A stretch of DNA of 54,796 nt, counting the filler, from Sluysia triapertura (lineage: Eukaryota): assembly GCA_046118255.1 (NCBI GenBank). It is 4 parts of 4 records of this genome, joined end to end, with 100 filler letters (N's around TTAATTAATTAA, not from the genome) between each part and the next. Parts side by side here need not be neighbours in the genome. Positions count along the whole stretch, not along the records: positions 1 to 17,818 come from JBJNIA010184723.1; 3 more parts are not named here. One strand, 5' to 3'. The translations under genes and the position numbers were made by a program. Positions 1 through 14,023 of the stretch are shown in pieces. The notes below the pieces were generated by a model, which saw only the letters and a list, made by a program, of their open reading frames with translations, ran no database searches and was not told where the DNA came from. Position 1 is the stretch's first letter, and each line of letters begins with the position of its first letter.

Positions 1-150
1 CAGATAATGTCAAATTGCTAGAAGATTATGAAATATTTAAGAAAAAAGCAAAGTTCTTTCTGTTTCAGAAATACTATAGTGAATGATTTACCTTAAGCGC
101 TTTTGAGTACTTTCGCTGTAGATACGAGCGCAATATAAATTAATATATTA
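1..150 (+). mobile_element. 3' tail of a non-LTR (L2/CR1-type) retrotransposon
   Basis: Translates DNVKLLEDYEIFKKKAKFFLFQKYYSE*. Near-identical copy at ~34653-35160, preceded there by RLPENVK and KKLQLIINQASRLI, which resemble LINE ORF2 C-termini. Confidence 0.6.
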
Positions 151-583
151 TTATTATTTTGATTTAGCGTTGGCTTGATATCAGTAAACAAGTTCGAAAA
201 CAATGTACTGGTTAGTATTTGCATTTCTTTGTGAATGGTTTTATTTAATTTTACAATACAATGAATTGTTACAAGCAGATACAGCTTGCTTTTTATAATT
301 ATATAATAAACTGTTAAAAACATAATATTTTTGTGAAGAATAAAACTGTTTTTTACCATTTATTAAAAATAATTAGTACTATTTATTTAGTGTGATAATG
401 TTGTTTATTTTGTGTACTTTGTTCATTTATATTTTTGTACAACCTCAATAAAATACGATACGAAACTAGAATTCACAGTTTTATTTTTTACTGCGATTAA
501 TTTTCAATTATAAAATCAAAAGGTAATTTTTCCGAATAATAATTAATAATTCAATAATAATTCATTCATTTCTGATGATTCAG

Positions 584-3500
584 TTGGTCCTCCATTTGCA
601 CTTCAGTTTCGCGTGAAATTTTTCAGCAGTGATCCGGTGAATCAATTAACTGACGAATACACGAGGTACTTGTTCGTGTTGCAGTTGAAAAGTATGATCA
701 GAGACGGTGAACTGCAGTGTGACAATGTGGAACAAGCTGCCGAATTATCGGCATTATTATTGCAAGGTTGAGTAATGTCTATTGCTTATTTTAATATAGG
801 TGAACTCGGAGATTATAATGAACAGGAGCACACAATAGCGTTAATATCAGAATTTCGATTTTTACCAGATAATGAGCAAACGGAGGAGTTCGAACTGATG
901 GTTCTGGAAAAATATAAAACTTTAAAGTACGTTTAGTAATAGTAATAATAATTATTATTAATATTAATTTTATTGATATTGATAATTTGATGTTTTATTA
1001 AAGATATTCACTGTAACAATTCTAAGTAGCTCTTGATGATAGTCGAGCATATTCAATTGTTAAATTCGCAGTAGCTGAGTTTAATGTTACATCGCACCTT
1101 CTGAAGTTTATCTTCATCGTAGGTATTGACCTTGAATATTAAATAATTAGCGTAAAGATGAAAATGGATCATCAAATTTAAGATGACCTGGGTTCAATAA
1201 GTGTTTCATTACGTATTAAGGTGCTAGATAAATATATTTAAATCCTTTTATATTTAAATTTAAATTTAAATAATTAATTTTTATTAATAATTAATAATTA
1301 TTCATTATTTGATGTGTGAGTAATTATTTCAAAATAACTGGAACCCTGCAGAGGTCGCGTGCATCTCTCTTATACGAGTATTTAAAAAAGAAACTTCTTT
1401 TTTCTTATTAGATCACCTTTACTTAAATTATAATAAATATGTATATCTTAGAACATATTTATTCAAAGTCATAAAGAACTAAATTCAATGTGGATATATT
1501 TTTACAATGACAATCTGGTAGATGTAAAAAATACAGAAGAGGAAATAAGGCAATAGGTGGTTCAACTTGTGGTCTTCATAAGCATTTACGAACAATGCAC
1601 AATATCAACATTAAAAAGGAGTCCGTCTCCACCAATGAATATAATCAAAAATAACAATCAAGATGATGAGTCGTTTCTGACGGCTTTAGCAAAATTAACA
1701 CCATTTAAAGTTTTCACAACGTCGGTGGAGTTAAGAAAATGGCTTTCGCCTGGAGTAGCGATATCTTAAACAACTATTTCTGATATAAACCTATGAGGTT
1801 CATGAATAAAAGACTTAGTGTATTTTAAAATATTGTTATTCAAAAGGTTATGAGTGCTGAAGAAATATATAGAATGTGTGATATGTTTTAGTATGTTGTG
1901 ACATTCGTACTTGATGTGAATAAGATCCAGTTTTTAATTTCTTTATTTTTATCTGGTTCTAGATATTTTATTTTTATTGAATTGAAATAAAATTTACATT
2001 TACTGAAATATTTGCAAATAAAATTCCTCTCAAGATCAATTCTAATATAATTTAAAGAACCATGCAAGCTTGCCTTAAGTGCTAATGTTTGAAGCTCTAA
2101 ATTAAATGAAATGACGTCAAGAGCATTAACAATTGTTTATTAAAGACATAAATGAAGTGAAAATAATATTTGCTAGTTCTTGAGAAAAGATGCTGCACTT
2201 GGAGATTCTGATGCCGATATACACAAACGGTTATTTTATGAGTTCGACATCGAGTTTTGAGGATGGAATTGATTTTCGACCATTGGATGATGAGATTTGT
2301 GAGCACAAATGGACTTCCATGGCACAAAATGACGCATGCTTGCTGTCACATCAGGCGTTAAGGGATTTAGATATATAACTACAAAGACGCTTTTCGATTA
2401 TTTCCATTTTTATTAATACTCTAACTTAAGCGAAATTGCTTTTTACTGTTTTTATCTGTTCTATGGTATTTAAACAATTGGCTCTAATAGATTTGCAATT
2501 TTCGGAAACTAACTTCCACCGATCATTTGGAATTTTAGCACAAACTAACAAAAGTGAATTAACAGAAACCTGACATAGTATCCAATCAGAATTTTTTGAA
2601 GAACCATCGTTATTCAAGTTTTAATTCAAGTGCAGTGTTAATCTGAAGAATGACACACAAATTCTAACGAAATTACGGATGTGCCATCAATTTACCACAC
2701 ATTAAACATGTTAAACCATTTCATCCAACAATGAAATACTAATTGATCATCCTCGATTACGAATGTCAAAAAGGAAATGTGTCAAAGTGATTCTCAAAAA
2801 TCAATAAATTAAGATGAATGCAGGAGAAAGAAGAAGGTCGAAAAAACTAAAATATTTGTTCAAATTTATGTTTTTTATTTATTGTGAAGAGATGATGTAA
2901 GTGATACTCTTTCAGTGGAATGGAATTTTAGATTATGTAATGAATTATTAAGTATTCATAATTATTATATTATTTTGCCATTGCGTCACTAGAACAGTTG
3001 TTAAATCATCTTCATTGAATGTCTTACATTCGTATTCATTTACATTCTTTGATATTTAATTTATTAATATTATTTCGTACTTTTTCAATTTTCGATACAA
3101 AAAATTTATATTATTTTCAATCTAAATGGGTGTCATTTTTAATTGGATAATTTATTATTTTAAATTGTACTTCTTTCTGACATCTTGGAATAAGAGTGCG
3201 AAATGTGTTTATTATTTCTTTGTTCATCATCTTTGTATCTTCATTTGTGCCAAGTTTAAAAGAACAACTACTTTCTTTCGGTTGTACAATTTGCATCGTA
3301 TTATTTCTGATTTCTTCCTCCATCCATTTCAGTACAATTAAAAGAATTACTTATACAGAAATAACAGAAAATCGTTGATCAAAATTTTTAAGTAGTCCAA
3401 AATTTGACTAAATATTGGTGTGATGCGCAATTTGGAGGATTGTTTAAATAATAATTGTTTAATCTATATTCCTTTCAACCATACGGCTCTTGTGTCGTTT

Positions 3501-6500
3501 GAGGTCTGACTGAGACTCCTTAGTCAGATTCCGTTAGTCCTCCAGTCGCTGTGGCTGGTGTAGTCGCGCTCTTAATCCACCTTGTGTTTTGCCAATGTAC
3601 AAATTAATATTCGTCATTTTCAGAAATCGAAATATGCTACCGGCCAGCGCGGATCGACAGTTCTTGGAAAAGTGCCGCTATCTACCCGATTATGGAGTCG
3701 ACAAGCACAAAATTAAGGTACATCCTAATTCAGCAGTTTAAATGATTAATTTGAATAGGGCAAGAACAACATGGATTACAACTTAGGATTGACTCCTTCT
3801 GGTATTCTAATTTACGAAAATTCTGATAAAATAGGACTGTTTCCATGGAGTTGCTTGACAAAATTGTCGTTCAAAAAGAGTCGACTGAAGATCGTGGTTC
3901 ATGACGCGAAGGAAGATGCAGTTAGTTAATTGATAACAGTTAATTGATGACGTGCTTAATGAATCTCTGCTTCTATTATTGAAATGATTAGTAAATTCAA
4001 ACACATGTATTTTCGTTCCCCCGTTGAAAATTGTCCACCTTGTATTATTTGTCGTGGTCTTACACTAAGCAATCATAAAATGTTATCGATGTTTCAATAT
4101 TGCATCGTTGATGAGGTATTAAAACTCTGAGTTTGTCTCCTTGAAAGTGCGACACATAGTCCCGTAGTTCTAGTTCTAATAAATTATTTCTCTATGGAAG
4201 GATATATTCATCTTTTGGATGTATCTGTTTCAGAATCTGTTGATGCTGATTGTCAACATAGTAGGTTGTAGAATTTAACAATTCCAGAAACAACGTATTA
4301 AAATATTGAGTAAGATCCCTATTTAAGATAGTTAAATTCAAATCTTTGATGTTTCATGATTTTGAGCAATTCTCAAGTAATACGTCTTCGATAAACATGA
4401 GTAAACTCTTAGAATTCAGCGATCTCAATTACTGTTAATCTATAAATGAATGTGCTGTTACTAATTCAGAATGGTCAACTAGAACACATTTTCGTTTTTC
4501 GCAGTTCTGATGTCGGACACTGCAAGCAGTTGTGGAAATCTTGTGTTGAGCATCACGCCTTTTTCCGGTTAGAAGGAGGCCACAAGCCACCAACTAAGTT
4601 GGAGCAATTTTTTAGGTTGAAATCGAGGTTCTATGCTAGTTTGCGAACTGAATATCAGATGGCTGTGCGAAAAAGTCAGTTCGGAAGTACTCGGGGTGGT
4701 CGAAGTGTAACTGGTTCCACTGTTGGAAGTGGATCTAAGGGGTCCAGCTTTCATAGAACTCCTTCCCAGCGATGCGCACCAAGACCAAGTTTCTTAGTGA
4801 AAAATGAAGCAGAAAGGAAGATTGTACAACAGAAGTATCGAGATCAAGTGCGAGAAGAAATGAAGCAGCAAATGTTGAACAAGAAAATGAATAAGTTAGC
4901 CAGTCCGAAACCTACTAGCCAGTTCAAGACAGACGTGAGCACTAACATGCAGTTCAATCAGAATCCACGAGTTCTAGTTCTGAAACAGATGTCCAATATT
5001 TCTGATTCGACAAGTTCCACTTCTGAAGAAAACACTGACAGTCCGAAACAAGCGCATGTTTCTTATGTAGAATCCAGTCAAACAAATAAACCCAAGGTTA
5101 GTTCAGTGTACTTTTTTCATGATAATTAATGGATGATTTTTTAAGTATCATTATTGTCATTCAATTTGATGTCATCCCGAGGTATTGTTTCATATGTGTT
5201 AGATATCTAGGTAACTTCCCTATATAATTCTCTAGTAGCCGCACCGTACTGTTCATCACGCTTCTTATCGCTTGTACCGAGTGTGGTAGACATTACTCGG
5301 ATGAAGCATGGACCCAAATTCGGTACAAATCTAAAATAAAAATAAGTCTAAAAAGGTCCAAGCAAAGAAATGCAAGAGTGAATTCGTGAAATAAAAAGAA
5401 AACAAAAGAAAATAAAACATAATGTAAGAAAGTTAGATTAAAATTCGTCATACTTAATTACCAAGAGTTTTGAGTCGTGATTTCTGTTGCTAACCAACGC
5501 ATATTATCACAGTAATGCGCATATTAGAATCATGTTGAAGAAAGTAGGGATGCATATTAGAATTAACAATATTATAATTATTATTGCTATTCTTTATAAT
5601 GATGGCAATTCGTGTTTAGTGTTTGTTTACACTTTGACACCATTTTGGTGTTAGTGATGATGTTTTATGCTTTAATTTATGAATAATACGCGATTTGTCA
5701 TTATTTATTATCTGAATTATTAATTTGTTGACTTGGTTATTAAAATCTTTATCATCATCACTCTTAATAAAAACATTACTGAAGTGCTTAATGCACTTAG
5801 ACAATTCATTATTATTCTTAACGTTTAAATTGTAAATACGCAAATAACGAAAACAAATTTTATTCCTGTTAAAAACAGTCGCATAAAAAGAGGGCTTATA
5901 ATAATCAAATTGTACACAGGTCACTTTTTGATGTTGAATAAAACATTTTAGTCACTAAGATAAATTTATCTGATAATAGCCTTCATTACTCAACCTGAGT
6001 AATTTCCACTTAAAGATGTCAGAACAGCAACCTTGTCTGGTCGATACAATTATACGTACAAGATGTTTGAGCGATCAATACGTAATCGTAACGACTTGGA
6101 CCATGTGGGCAAGTTGTGATGTTGAGACGAAACATATGACTTTATTTCTAATTGTGTTAACGCGACGAAAAAACTATTTATCTCATTTAAAACGTCGAAT
6201 GCTACGTTGTTTGAAGGGTAGTTAATTATTAAAAAATAAAACCTAAAATTATTGACAACACATACACTCTTTACTACAAATAAGAATGTATGTAGTTAAT
6301 AACTACAAATAAGACAAAACAAATGTACATACTCTTGTATACAGACTAATTTCATACACGTTTAACAATTTTACTAAAACCAAAATATGAACATCGCACC
6401 GCATTAACACGTGAGCCTGACAACATACTCACATTTAGATGATCTAGGATTTTCATGTGTTTCTTGCATCTTAAATTGCCATGTTCGAGAATTAACAAAT

Positions 6501-9500
6501 CTGTTTACTCTCGCATACAGGTAATTTTATAGCACGTCGAACAATATTACTAAAACAAGCAAAACTTCATAATACATCTGACTAAACTAATAATCGGGCA
6601 TCAATTATAAAATTGCAAACAGTGGTCGCATAGTGAACAATCTGAACGTAATAACATAATATCTAGATCTGACATTTTAAATTATCTGTGGTTATCATAC
6701 ATCTCTTACATTTTAAATCTCCCTGTTCATCTAGTTTATCGCATTTCAAATAGCTTGCACGTGACTTGTCATGCCAACAATCTAAAACATTCGTAGGCGA
6801 TCGAATTACTATCGAAATAACAATCGTTCTACATGCAGAGCTGGCGTATTTACGTACTCAAACATTGCGATCATTTTATAAAACATTTTACAAAAATGTA
6901 TAAAAAATGCAAGAACAGAATAAAGCCTAATGTGTGCTATTAGCCGTCAAAGTGTTGTCTGCCATGAAATGGTAAACGGTGCTCATGATGGAGATATGTT
7001 CAAGCACTTCATTGTATCCCATTTTTCAATAGTCACCACGACTATTTATTGAATATGGATAACTGCAGATTCCATCATCGACAATATGTTTTGAGTCGCT
7101 TGACGTCCAATAGAATTGTTTATAAATTCCTTCCACCTTAAATTGCGGAATTTTTTGGAGTAATGAAGGACGTCAGACCTAGGCCAACAAATGCAACCGA
7201 AATTCAGAATGGTGTTGATAAAGAGTGGAGCAGCTATAATGAAAACTTATAACAATATGAAAAGTTACTTGATGCTGGGAATCAAAAGATCGCAGTTTAA
7301 ATAAATATTTGGCAACTTAGTTTTTGTCGACTTATTTGTTTCCGGAGATTATTTTTATATTTCTTAATGTTTTATAAATGCTTTATGAGAACAGATAATT
7401 CTTCCGCGGTTCTAATAGTTGTTCTTCTAATAATTGTTCTTCTAATAATTGTTCTTATAATTAGATAAGCTTGTTGAGAAGCACCACAATCTGTTAGAAA
7501 AAGATTTCCTGAATCCTATTTTTCTCTTAATGCATCATTTTTTCACTATCTATTGAAGCTGAAGAATGCGTTTGCAATGGAACCAAAGTTCTAAAAATAT
7601 CCCGTTCGTCAACGTCAGGATTAAAGCTAATCCTTTAAATAACATAATACTTTTTATTTTTAGAAGCACTTCAATTACAGGAGCTTTATCATGATATATG
7701 AAATTACTGTCATTGGTGCAGCCATTTAATTTCCCGCCAATTATGTTGCTCGAGAAACGAAATGATTCTTCAACTTAGTATCTTGAAATAACTTTGACAT
7801 TTTCCTCATGTGGTACGTTATCCCGTTTGATATCGCGGCTTTCATTTTATTTGGTTCTGCTAACATAGTTTCACTTCTCTTGCAATAAAAGTAATGTTTG
7901 CATATCGCAGAAACAAAATCGAATAAGCACAATATCTTGAACTAGAATGTTATAAAATAACACGATGATTACATCCTTCACAAGGGTTAGAATCAGAATA
8001 TGTTATATGTTTCAGTGGAGATTCGATTTTGATTAAGGAGTTTCCATTTTCATTATTTTATGAGGTCGGAGTTTTGGTGTCAGATGGTACAGGGATGTGG
8101 AGATGTAGCAGTAGCTGGTGCTGTCATTACTGTCTATCGCAAGAATGTTAAAGGTGCTGTATTATTTGTAGATTGTGTCATATTGTGATATTATTACTAA
8201 CTAATGACTTGTGGAGTTCGACTGGTTCTCATTTCTTATTTTATTTGTAGCCTTCTGGGAACACGAAAAATATCAAAAAGAATTTACCAACTGACAATAA
8301 CAATGCGACAGTTGCTGCTACTGTTGCTGGCCAAGATACCAATCAATCACGACCTGGTATCCATGTGACTAGTAACACACTGAGCAGTCCACCGTTAGTT
8401 TTATTTGTATAATTCTTTATGTAATGTTTTGTAGTGAGACTATTTAAGATGTCATTTATCCAAGATCATACCACGAGCCTCCCGCATTCATAACCTCCTC
8501 CATTTCCTATCCAATATAAAATCGGTGAGATGAATAGAACAATTAATAAAAACCGCATCATTTAAATTCTGTAGAATCTTCAAATCAAGCGTAACATTAG
8601 ACCTAGTATCTCGATGATCAATAAACATGATCAGTTTTAGGTGATGAAGTACTCATTTGTGAGTTGTTGAGTTAGCAAACTGCACACTAATAATAAAACT
8701 GAGATGATTAGAGTGATCTGAATTGATGAGTACCTTCACGACATTGCACCACTTTTCAGTAGCTTGTAATACATGCACGACAAAGTGATTAAAATAAGTT
8801 TTCTTCATTGATTATTTTCAAGTATTCATTTCCAAACCATTTTATCAATTCAGATACTAGTTCTATTGTTCTTTGAATAGTATTTTCTATGTTGTTCATT
8901 TCAAATTCAGTACATGTTTGGACGTCATCAGCATTTTTAAAACCATATGATTCGATTACACTTGAAACATCATTGATGCATATTATAAACAATAACGGAC
9001 CAAGTATTGATCCCTGAGGAACTCCATGCTTTCCATATACTTCTTTTGACTTCACATTAATCACATTACAGTTTCGTTTGACTAGCAATCAGAAAGATCT
9101 TCATAAATAAATAAGATAATGAAATGTGTAGTGATAATTATTATTCAACATGGATTGTTCTGTTCTTCGGTTGGATAGATAAGTAAATCACTGTAAACTA
9201 TGAAAATATGAAAAACTTTCTCTTAAAATTAAATTTGTTGAAAATGCAAGTGTCGGAAATTGGCACTGTTATGAAACATGAGTTCTTGCTTGGAACTACG
9301 ACATCGCAGACTGCTCGGAACATTAATAGAGTATCTGGCTCTAGTGTTACCATGGAGCAGTAATTTTGACTTCACGAATGAACCACGCGGTCGGCCAGAA
9401 TCGAAAGTCAGTGATGACGAACTGAAGGAACCTATCTCAGAGTTCCTATGAAAGAGTATTAACTGATTTATCTCAAATCGATGCAGTGGAAAAGTTGGAT

Positions 9501-10827
9501 AAGTGGGTTAAATGAAATGAGTTAAAAATCAAAATTAGAAACATCTGGAAGCTTTTCTAATTTGTGAATCGAATCATCCTTTGTGGTGAGAAATGGATCT
9601 ATACGTTCAGCAAAGTTGCTGGACAAGAGTGAATCACTGAGACACCCCACAAAGCAATGATGAGTGTTTGGTTGATTCATCAATAACAGACCAAGTGGAA
9701 ACAATGTAACAAGCTGAAGATGACGTAAAGGTGGAAATGGAAAAAGCACTTAGCCCTTTTTCGGTCCTATTTTATTTCCATTGAATCCACTACAGGTCCT
9801 ATTTAATTCCAACGAAAAAACAAAATTTTCACAATTAAATGAAATTATTTTCATACATTATTTTGACTAAGCACAAGTCTTGCGATTATTTTGCAGATTT
9901 AAATTAATGAAGTTCATTTTTATACATGATCATTATTTAAGAGTTAAGAAAACTTTAAGTGATGAAAGCTTTTGACCTTTGTTATATTATTGGACTTGAT
10001 GTGTAATCAGAACGGCCATGGTACACTAATCAACAGATTTGAGTTGTTGAAATCCGATTTTTATTTAATTTTACTTACTATTTATTGTTAGTAGAACAAA
10101 TTCTGATAAATTTAGTTTTCTAAATAGCAGATGCGAAATAATATTTTCAGAAATTATTTAATAATTTTTGAACAAAAAATCTAATTTAAAGTTGGGTTTG
10201 TCCGTGTTCATTGTCATTAATTTTTGCATTAAATGCTAATTATTATGCTAATTTTTAATTATAGTTAATTTAATGATGATAATAATTTCAGAGTTTCTCC
10301 CACGGCAGTGAAACCAGGCTATGTAAGTTAATTAAATGAATAACGCCCATTTTAATTGTGATTTTACTAAATAGAATTATTTAATAATGATCTTGCTTCA
10401 GGTTCCTACGGTCCAGAAGAGGACTATAAAACTACAAGCAGTTATCAATAATAGCAATAACAGGCCAGGCCAGCGATATAAGGAGGCTGAAGTTCGTAAT
10501 TTACATATTCTTAATAGTAAATTCATAATTGAGTTTGTCTTGCTGTTTTTCTCGTAAATCAGAAGCACTGTCCGTCCTTGATTCAAGGGTAATTCTTCGG
10601 AACAGCCATGTAGAGAGATTCTTTGAAGAACAAATCATGAAATATTAAAATATTAAAATCACAAATGATAAATTCATCCACTTAATTAATTAATTTATTT
10701 ATTAACTTATTATGCAAATTTAAAAAAAGTTTAATCTCCGCAACTCAATTATTTGTTGATTTTCTACAGTGACATGGTACTGCGCAAGATTAATCTGGAA
10801 CTCAACCAAGTGATCATCACTCACTGA
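584..10827 (+). CDS. FERM-domain protein, Yurt/EPB41L5/EPB41L4B-like (5' exons outside window)
   Basis: GT-AG exons with consistent phases: 584-766, 800-926, 3624-3717, 3759-3920, 4470-5096; less certain tail exons 8251-8393, 10292-10322, 10402-10491, 10563-10588, 10770-10827. Peptides GPPFALQFRVKFFSSDP..TRYLFVLQLK, ELGDY..SEFRF, YGVDKH, LGLTPSG..KIGLFPW, LWKSCVEHHAFFRL..FRLKSRF..RTEYQ match the EPB41L5 FERM and FERM-adjacent region. AATAAA near 10860. Confidence 0.9.
8789..9088 (-). mobile_element. Non-LTR reverse transcriptase fragment (intronic)
   Basis: GVPQGSILGPLLFIICIND followed by NADD (degenerate YADD). Confidence 0.85.
9240..9730 (+). mobile_element. Degenerate mariner transposase fragment
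   Basis: VMKHEFLLGTTTSQTARNINRV, DFTNEPRGRPESKVSDDELKE and KLDKWV motifs in shifting frames; boundaries approximate. Confidence 0.7.
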
Positions 10828-13548
10828 ATTATCTCCCAACAATTTGTCTAGATGTTCGAAATAAATACAAAATGATAAGAAATGATAATTGAAATGTGGC
10901 CCAATATTTGAATTTTATTTATTTACAATTCTGAAATGAAATGTCACTTTGTAAATAGTTTATTCGTATTTTCCAACTATGAGAACCGCACCAGATAATG
11001 AATTACGCTACTAAATAGGTGAAGCAAGTACCGGGATGCTGCTTGATAGATCTTCAGAAAATAGACTGAGTCGCTTTGTTTCGAAGTGACTGACAATTTA
11101 TTGAGGGTCGCAATAGAACAAGAGTTGTATTTGCTGTGTTGCGATACTTGAAAGGCACTTGAATATGTGCCCTGTAACTATGCTCCATTTTATAATTTAT
11201 GAAATATAATTTATGATATTTTTTGCTACTAATGTTAGTCAGTAAATTAATATTATCATTTTATTTAGGTTATTCAAGTATAAATAATCATCGTCTTCTC
11301 TTTCTCTAATTGATAAATTGTCTGAGTTAAGAGGTTCGTTCATTCTTTCATGTTGGCGCGAAGCGTGTCTCCGCATAGCACGCTCTCACATTACATTATT
11401 CCTCTTAATTTCTATTCAAATCGAATGAGATAAAGAATAATAATGTATTGTGGTTTGTTACTTGAAAAATGTCATTGATCGATTTGTTTTATTTCCATTA
11501 TTCTTTTTCAGATCCAGTTGGAAGAGGCGCCCTTGAAACAGTATTCAATTTGATATATACACTACCATATCTGTTTTTACTGTATTCTTTCATAATTTTA
11601 TTTTTGTTTTATCAATCAGTATTAATTTTATTTTATCTATTTCTTTTATTTTTATTTTTATTTATTTATCGAACTAATTTGTGCCTATTTAAACTGTTAC
11701 GATTATTCATTATTGATTCGATATGGAAATCACGACACATCGCACGTATCTGGACAAGTTCATTTGTGAAAAATGAGTGGCTACAAATTATTATTATTAT
11801 TATTATTTCAAGCTGTTCCTTGTTCCAGGACAACAGTCAGCATCTTTCTAATGTTATGTTAATTGTCAATAGAAATTAATTTTTCTTTTACAATTTGATG
11901 TAATAATAAAGGACTTCATTTGTTATTTTGTGTGTGTGAAATGTGTTTGCTCAGAAACCAGTGCCTTGTTTGATTTTTAAGTTTGCGTGACAAAATGATG
12001 CCGGAAGAGCATTTTGAACTGCGTCTTTATGCAACAGTTTTAAACTTGATATAGAAATCGAATATTACGGAAGATATTCGATACTAAACTAACTCGAGTC
12101 GATATGCATGTATATGTATAACGTCATTAACTCATAGCTTGCCGCTAGAAATTCTTGATCGAATGTTTGATGACAACACAAAGTTATTCTTTCACAAAAC
12201 GTACTACTACGTCAGCAGCTACTGAATTTCGAATAAAAAATGACGTATTACTACGTCAACAGTGAGCACCGAGTTAATATAGTGTGTATCGCGTGTAGTT
12301 CAGTTCGTAGTACGAGATTGCATTTTGTTGAATCAGCTGAATCGTATTTATTATATTAATATTTGAATTCGGTTTGGATATTTTACATATTCAATATTAT
12401 ATATAATATAGACATGAGTGGACACTTCTGCGAAGGTTTGATTGTGCTTTCAAGATTGCTTTCTAAATATAGATATTCGAAAATTCGGTGCGATCTGTTT
12501 CAGATCAAAGACACGACCTAATATAATACAGTATCCTACTGCATCGTAAGATATAGGGAGATTCACCAGCTCAATCTATTTATCGACTTTGCATACATGT
12601 ACAGGTAGTCGAACATGCTGTCTATTCATGCATCTGTGAACATGAAACGATTTGGTGCCATGGTGATAACGAATCACAAGTCGAACAGATTTCGTGGAGG
12701 GATGACAGAAACTGCTGTAATTAAATCTATAGTGTGAGGCGCTACAATAATAATTAAATATTATTGCAACAAATAATTTGATTAAATAAAATATATTTAG
12801 AACACAAGCAGAATACACTCTACACGATGGCTAATGCACAATTCATTACAATAGACAATTGATGTAATCGATAGCTCGAGGTCTATATCGAATTTTTAAT
12901 ACTCTATTGATTACTCTACTTCATTTACATGAGTGGTTGAAGTGGTGTAGAGGGAGTGTGTATCAGATGATCTAGATGAGTTTGTTGTGTAGATACTACT
13001 ATTACTACTACGACTAAGAGTAGGTGTTCAGAGTGCAGAAAAAAGTAAGAGAGAGAGAGAGAGACAGGAGTAGTTGTAGTGTTTGTGTTATTTATAAATT
13101 GTCGGGTCGAGTAAACATTCTGATTTATCTACAGATTTGGTATTACATAAAATTATTTACAAACGACGATTTTCAAAACTGATACATTTTAAAAACATTA
13201 CGTGAAGGGTCGAGTAAAGTTATTTTGATTATTTTTATTAAAATAAAATTTTATAGTTGGTACTTACAAAATAGTAGGCAGTCGATGGAACCATAACAAT
13301 GTTTCATTGTTTGATTCATTATCCACTCTTATTACACCTTATTCTGGGGCCCACTAATTTATAAATATTCGCAGCCTTGCGTCAGGAGTCGTTGCAAATT
13401 AGATAGATGCATTTAAAATGGGCGGCCAATCAACATTCAAGTCAACATATATTTACCAATCGTATTTTACATCACACAAGCACATATTGCCTTTGCATAC
13501 TTTTATGTAAAAAAAACGAAATAAGTTCAGCAAACGAGCCACTGTTCG

Positions 13549-13800
13549 TCAGTACACATTCCGCTTCATATCCGCCCGTTTGCCCCATGGCATGTCGTGC
13601 CAAGCAGCTCGTTTGAGCATGCGTATCCATGGATAACTCTCAGGAAATGGTCGTCTCAACATAGCATCATTGTACATACCTTCATCCAAGTGGCCCTGAG
13701 ACGCCTGATCGAGAGAAGCTGCCGCTAACAGTCCAATCATGAATAGCGAACCCATCAATAAAAGAACTTGAGCTCTCATAAATGACAAGCACAAATGCAT
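13549..13800 (-). CDS. npp-5: Neuropeptide precursor, flatworm PWamide (npp-5) family; mature AAWHDMPW-amide
   Basis: Hydrophobic N-terminal signal peptide; KR-AAWHDMPW-G-KR gives dibasic cleavage sites and an amidation Gly; resembles flatworm AAYMDLPWamide / WxDMPWamide peptides. Splice acceptor just upstream of the ATG. Confidence 0.85.
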   Translation of the reverse strand: MHLCLSFMRAQVLLLMGSLFMIGLLAAASLDQASQGHLDEGMYNDAMLRRPFPESYPWIRMLKRAAWHDMPWGKRADMKRNVY

Positions 13801-13965
13801 TATAATTCTGTAATCGAAATTCTGATGAAAACAACCATAGCTTATTATATTTATATAGATTAACGAACATGCTTACTAAAAAATTACAGGATATTGAAAT
13901 AGTCGATTTTTATTGGTTTAATTTATCATACTTGCACATGATTGGTTAATGATTGAATTGTCTCA

Positions 13966-13967
<2 letters not shown>

Positions 13968-14023
<56 letters not shown>
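13968..14023. repeat. (ATT)n microsatellite
   Basis: About 18 perfect units. Confidence 0.95.

Noticed and set aside
5616-5924. 102-aa ORF faintly resembling a Penelope-like N-terminus
   Set aside because: No RT or GIY-YIG motif nearby.
11387-11452. Imperfect ~30-bp hairpin (pre-miRNA-like)
   Set aside because: AT-rich with several mismatches; no recognisable mature miRNA.
11469-11879. 136-aa hydrophobic ORF
   Set aside because: F/L/I/Y richness comes from T-rich low-complexity DNA; no motif.
12127-12277. TTAA-flanked segment with gacgtattactacgtc palindromes (piggyBac-MITE-like)
   Set aside because: The terminal inverted match is only a few bases; too weak to call.
12557-12724. Cys-rich open frame GDSPAQSIYRLCIHVQ..CICEHETIWCH..RNCCN* after an AG
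   Set aside because: Could be an exon, but I could not build a phase-consistent gene model or recognise a family.
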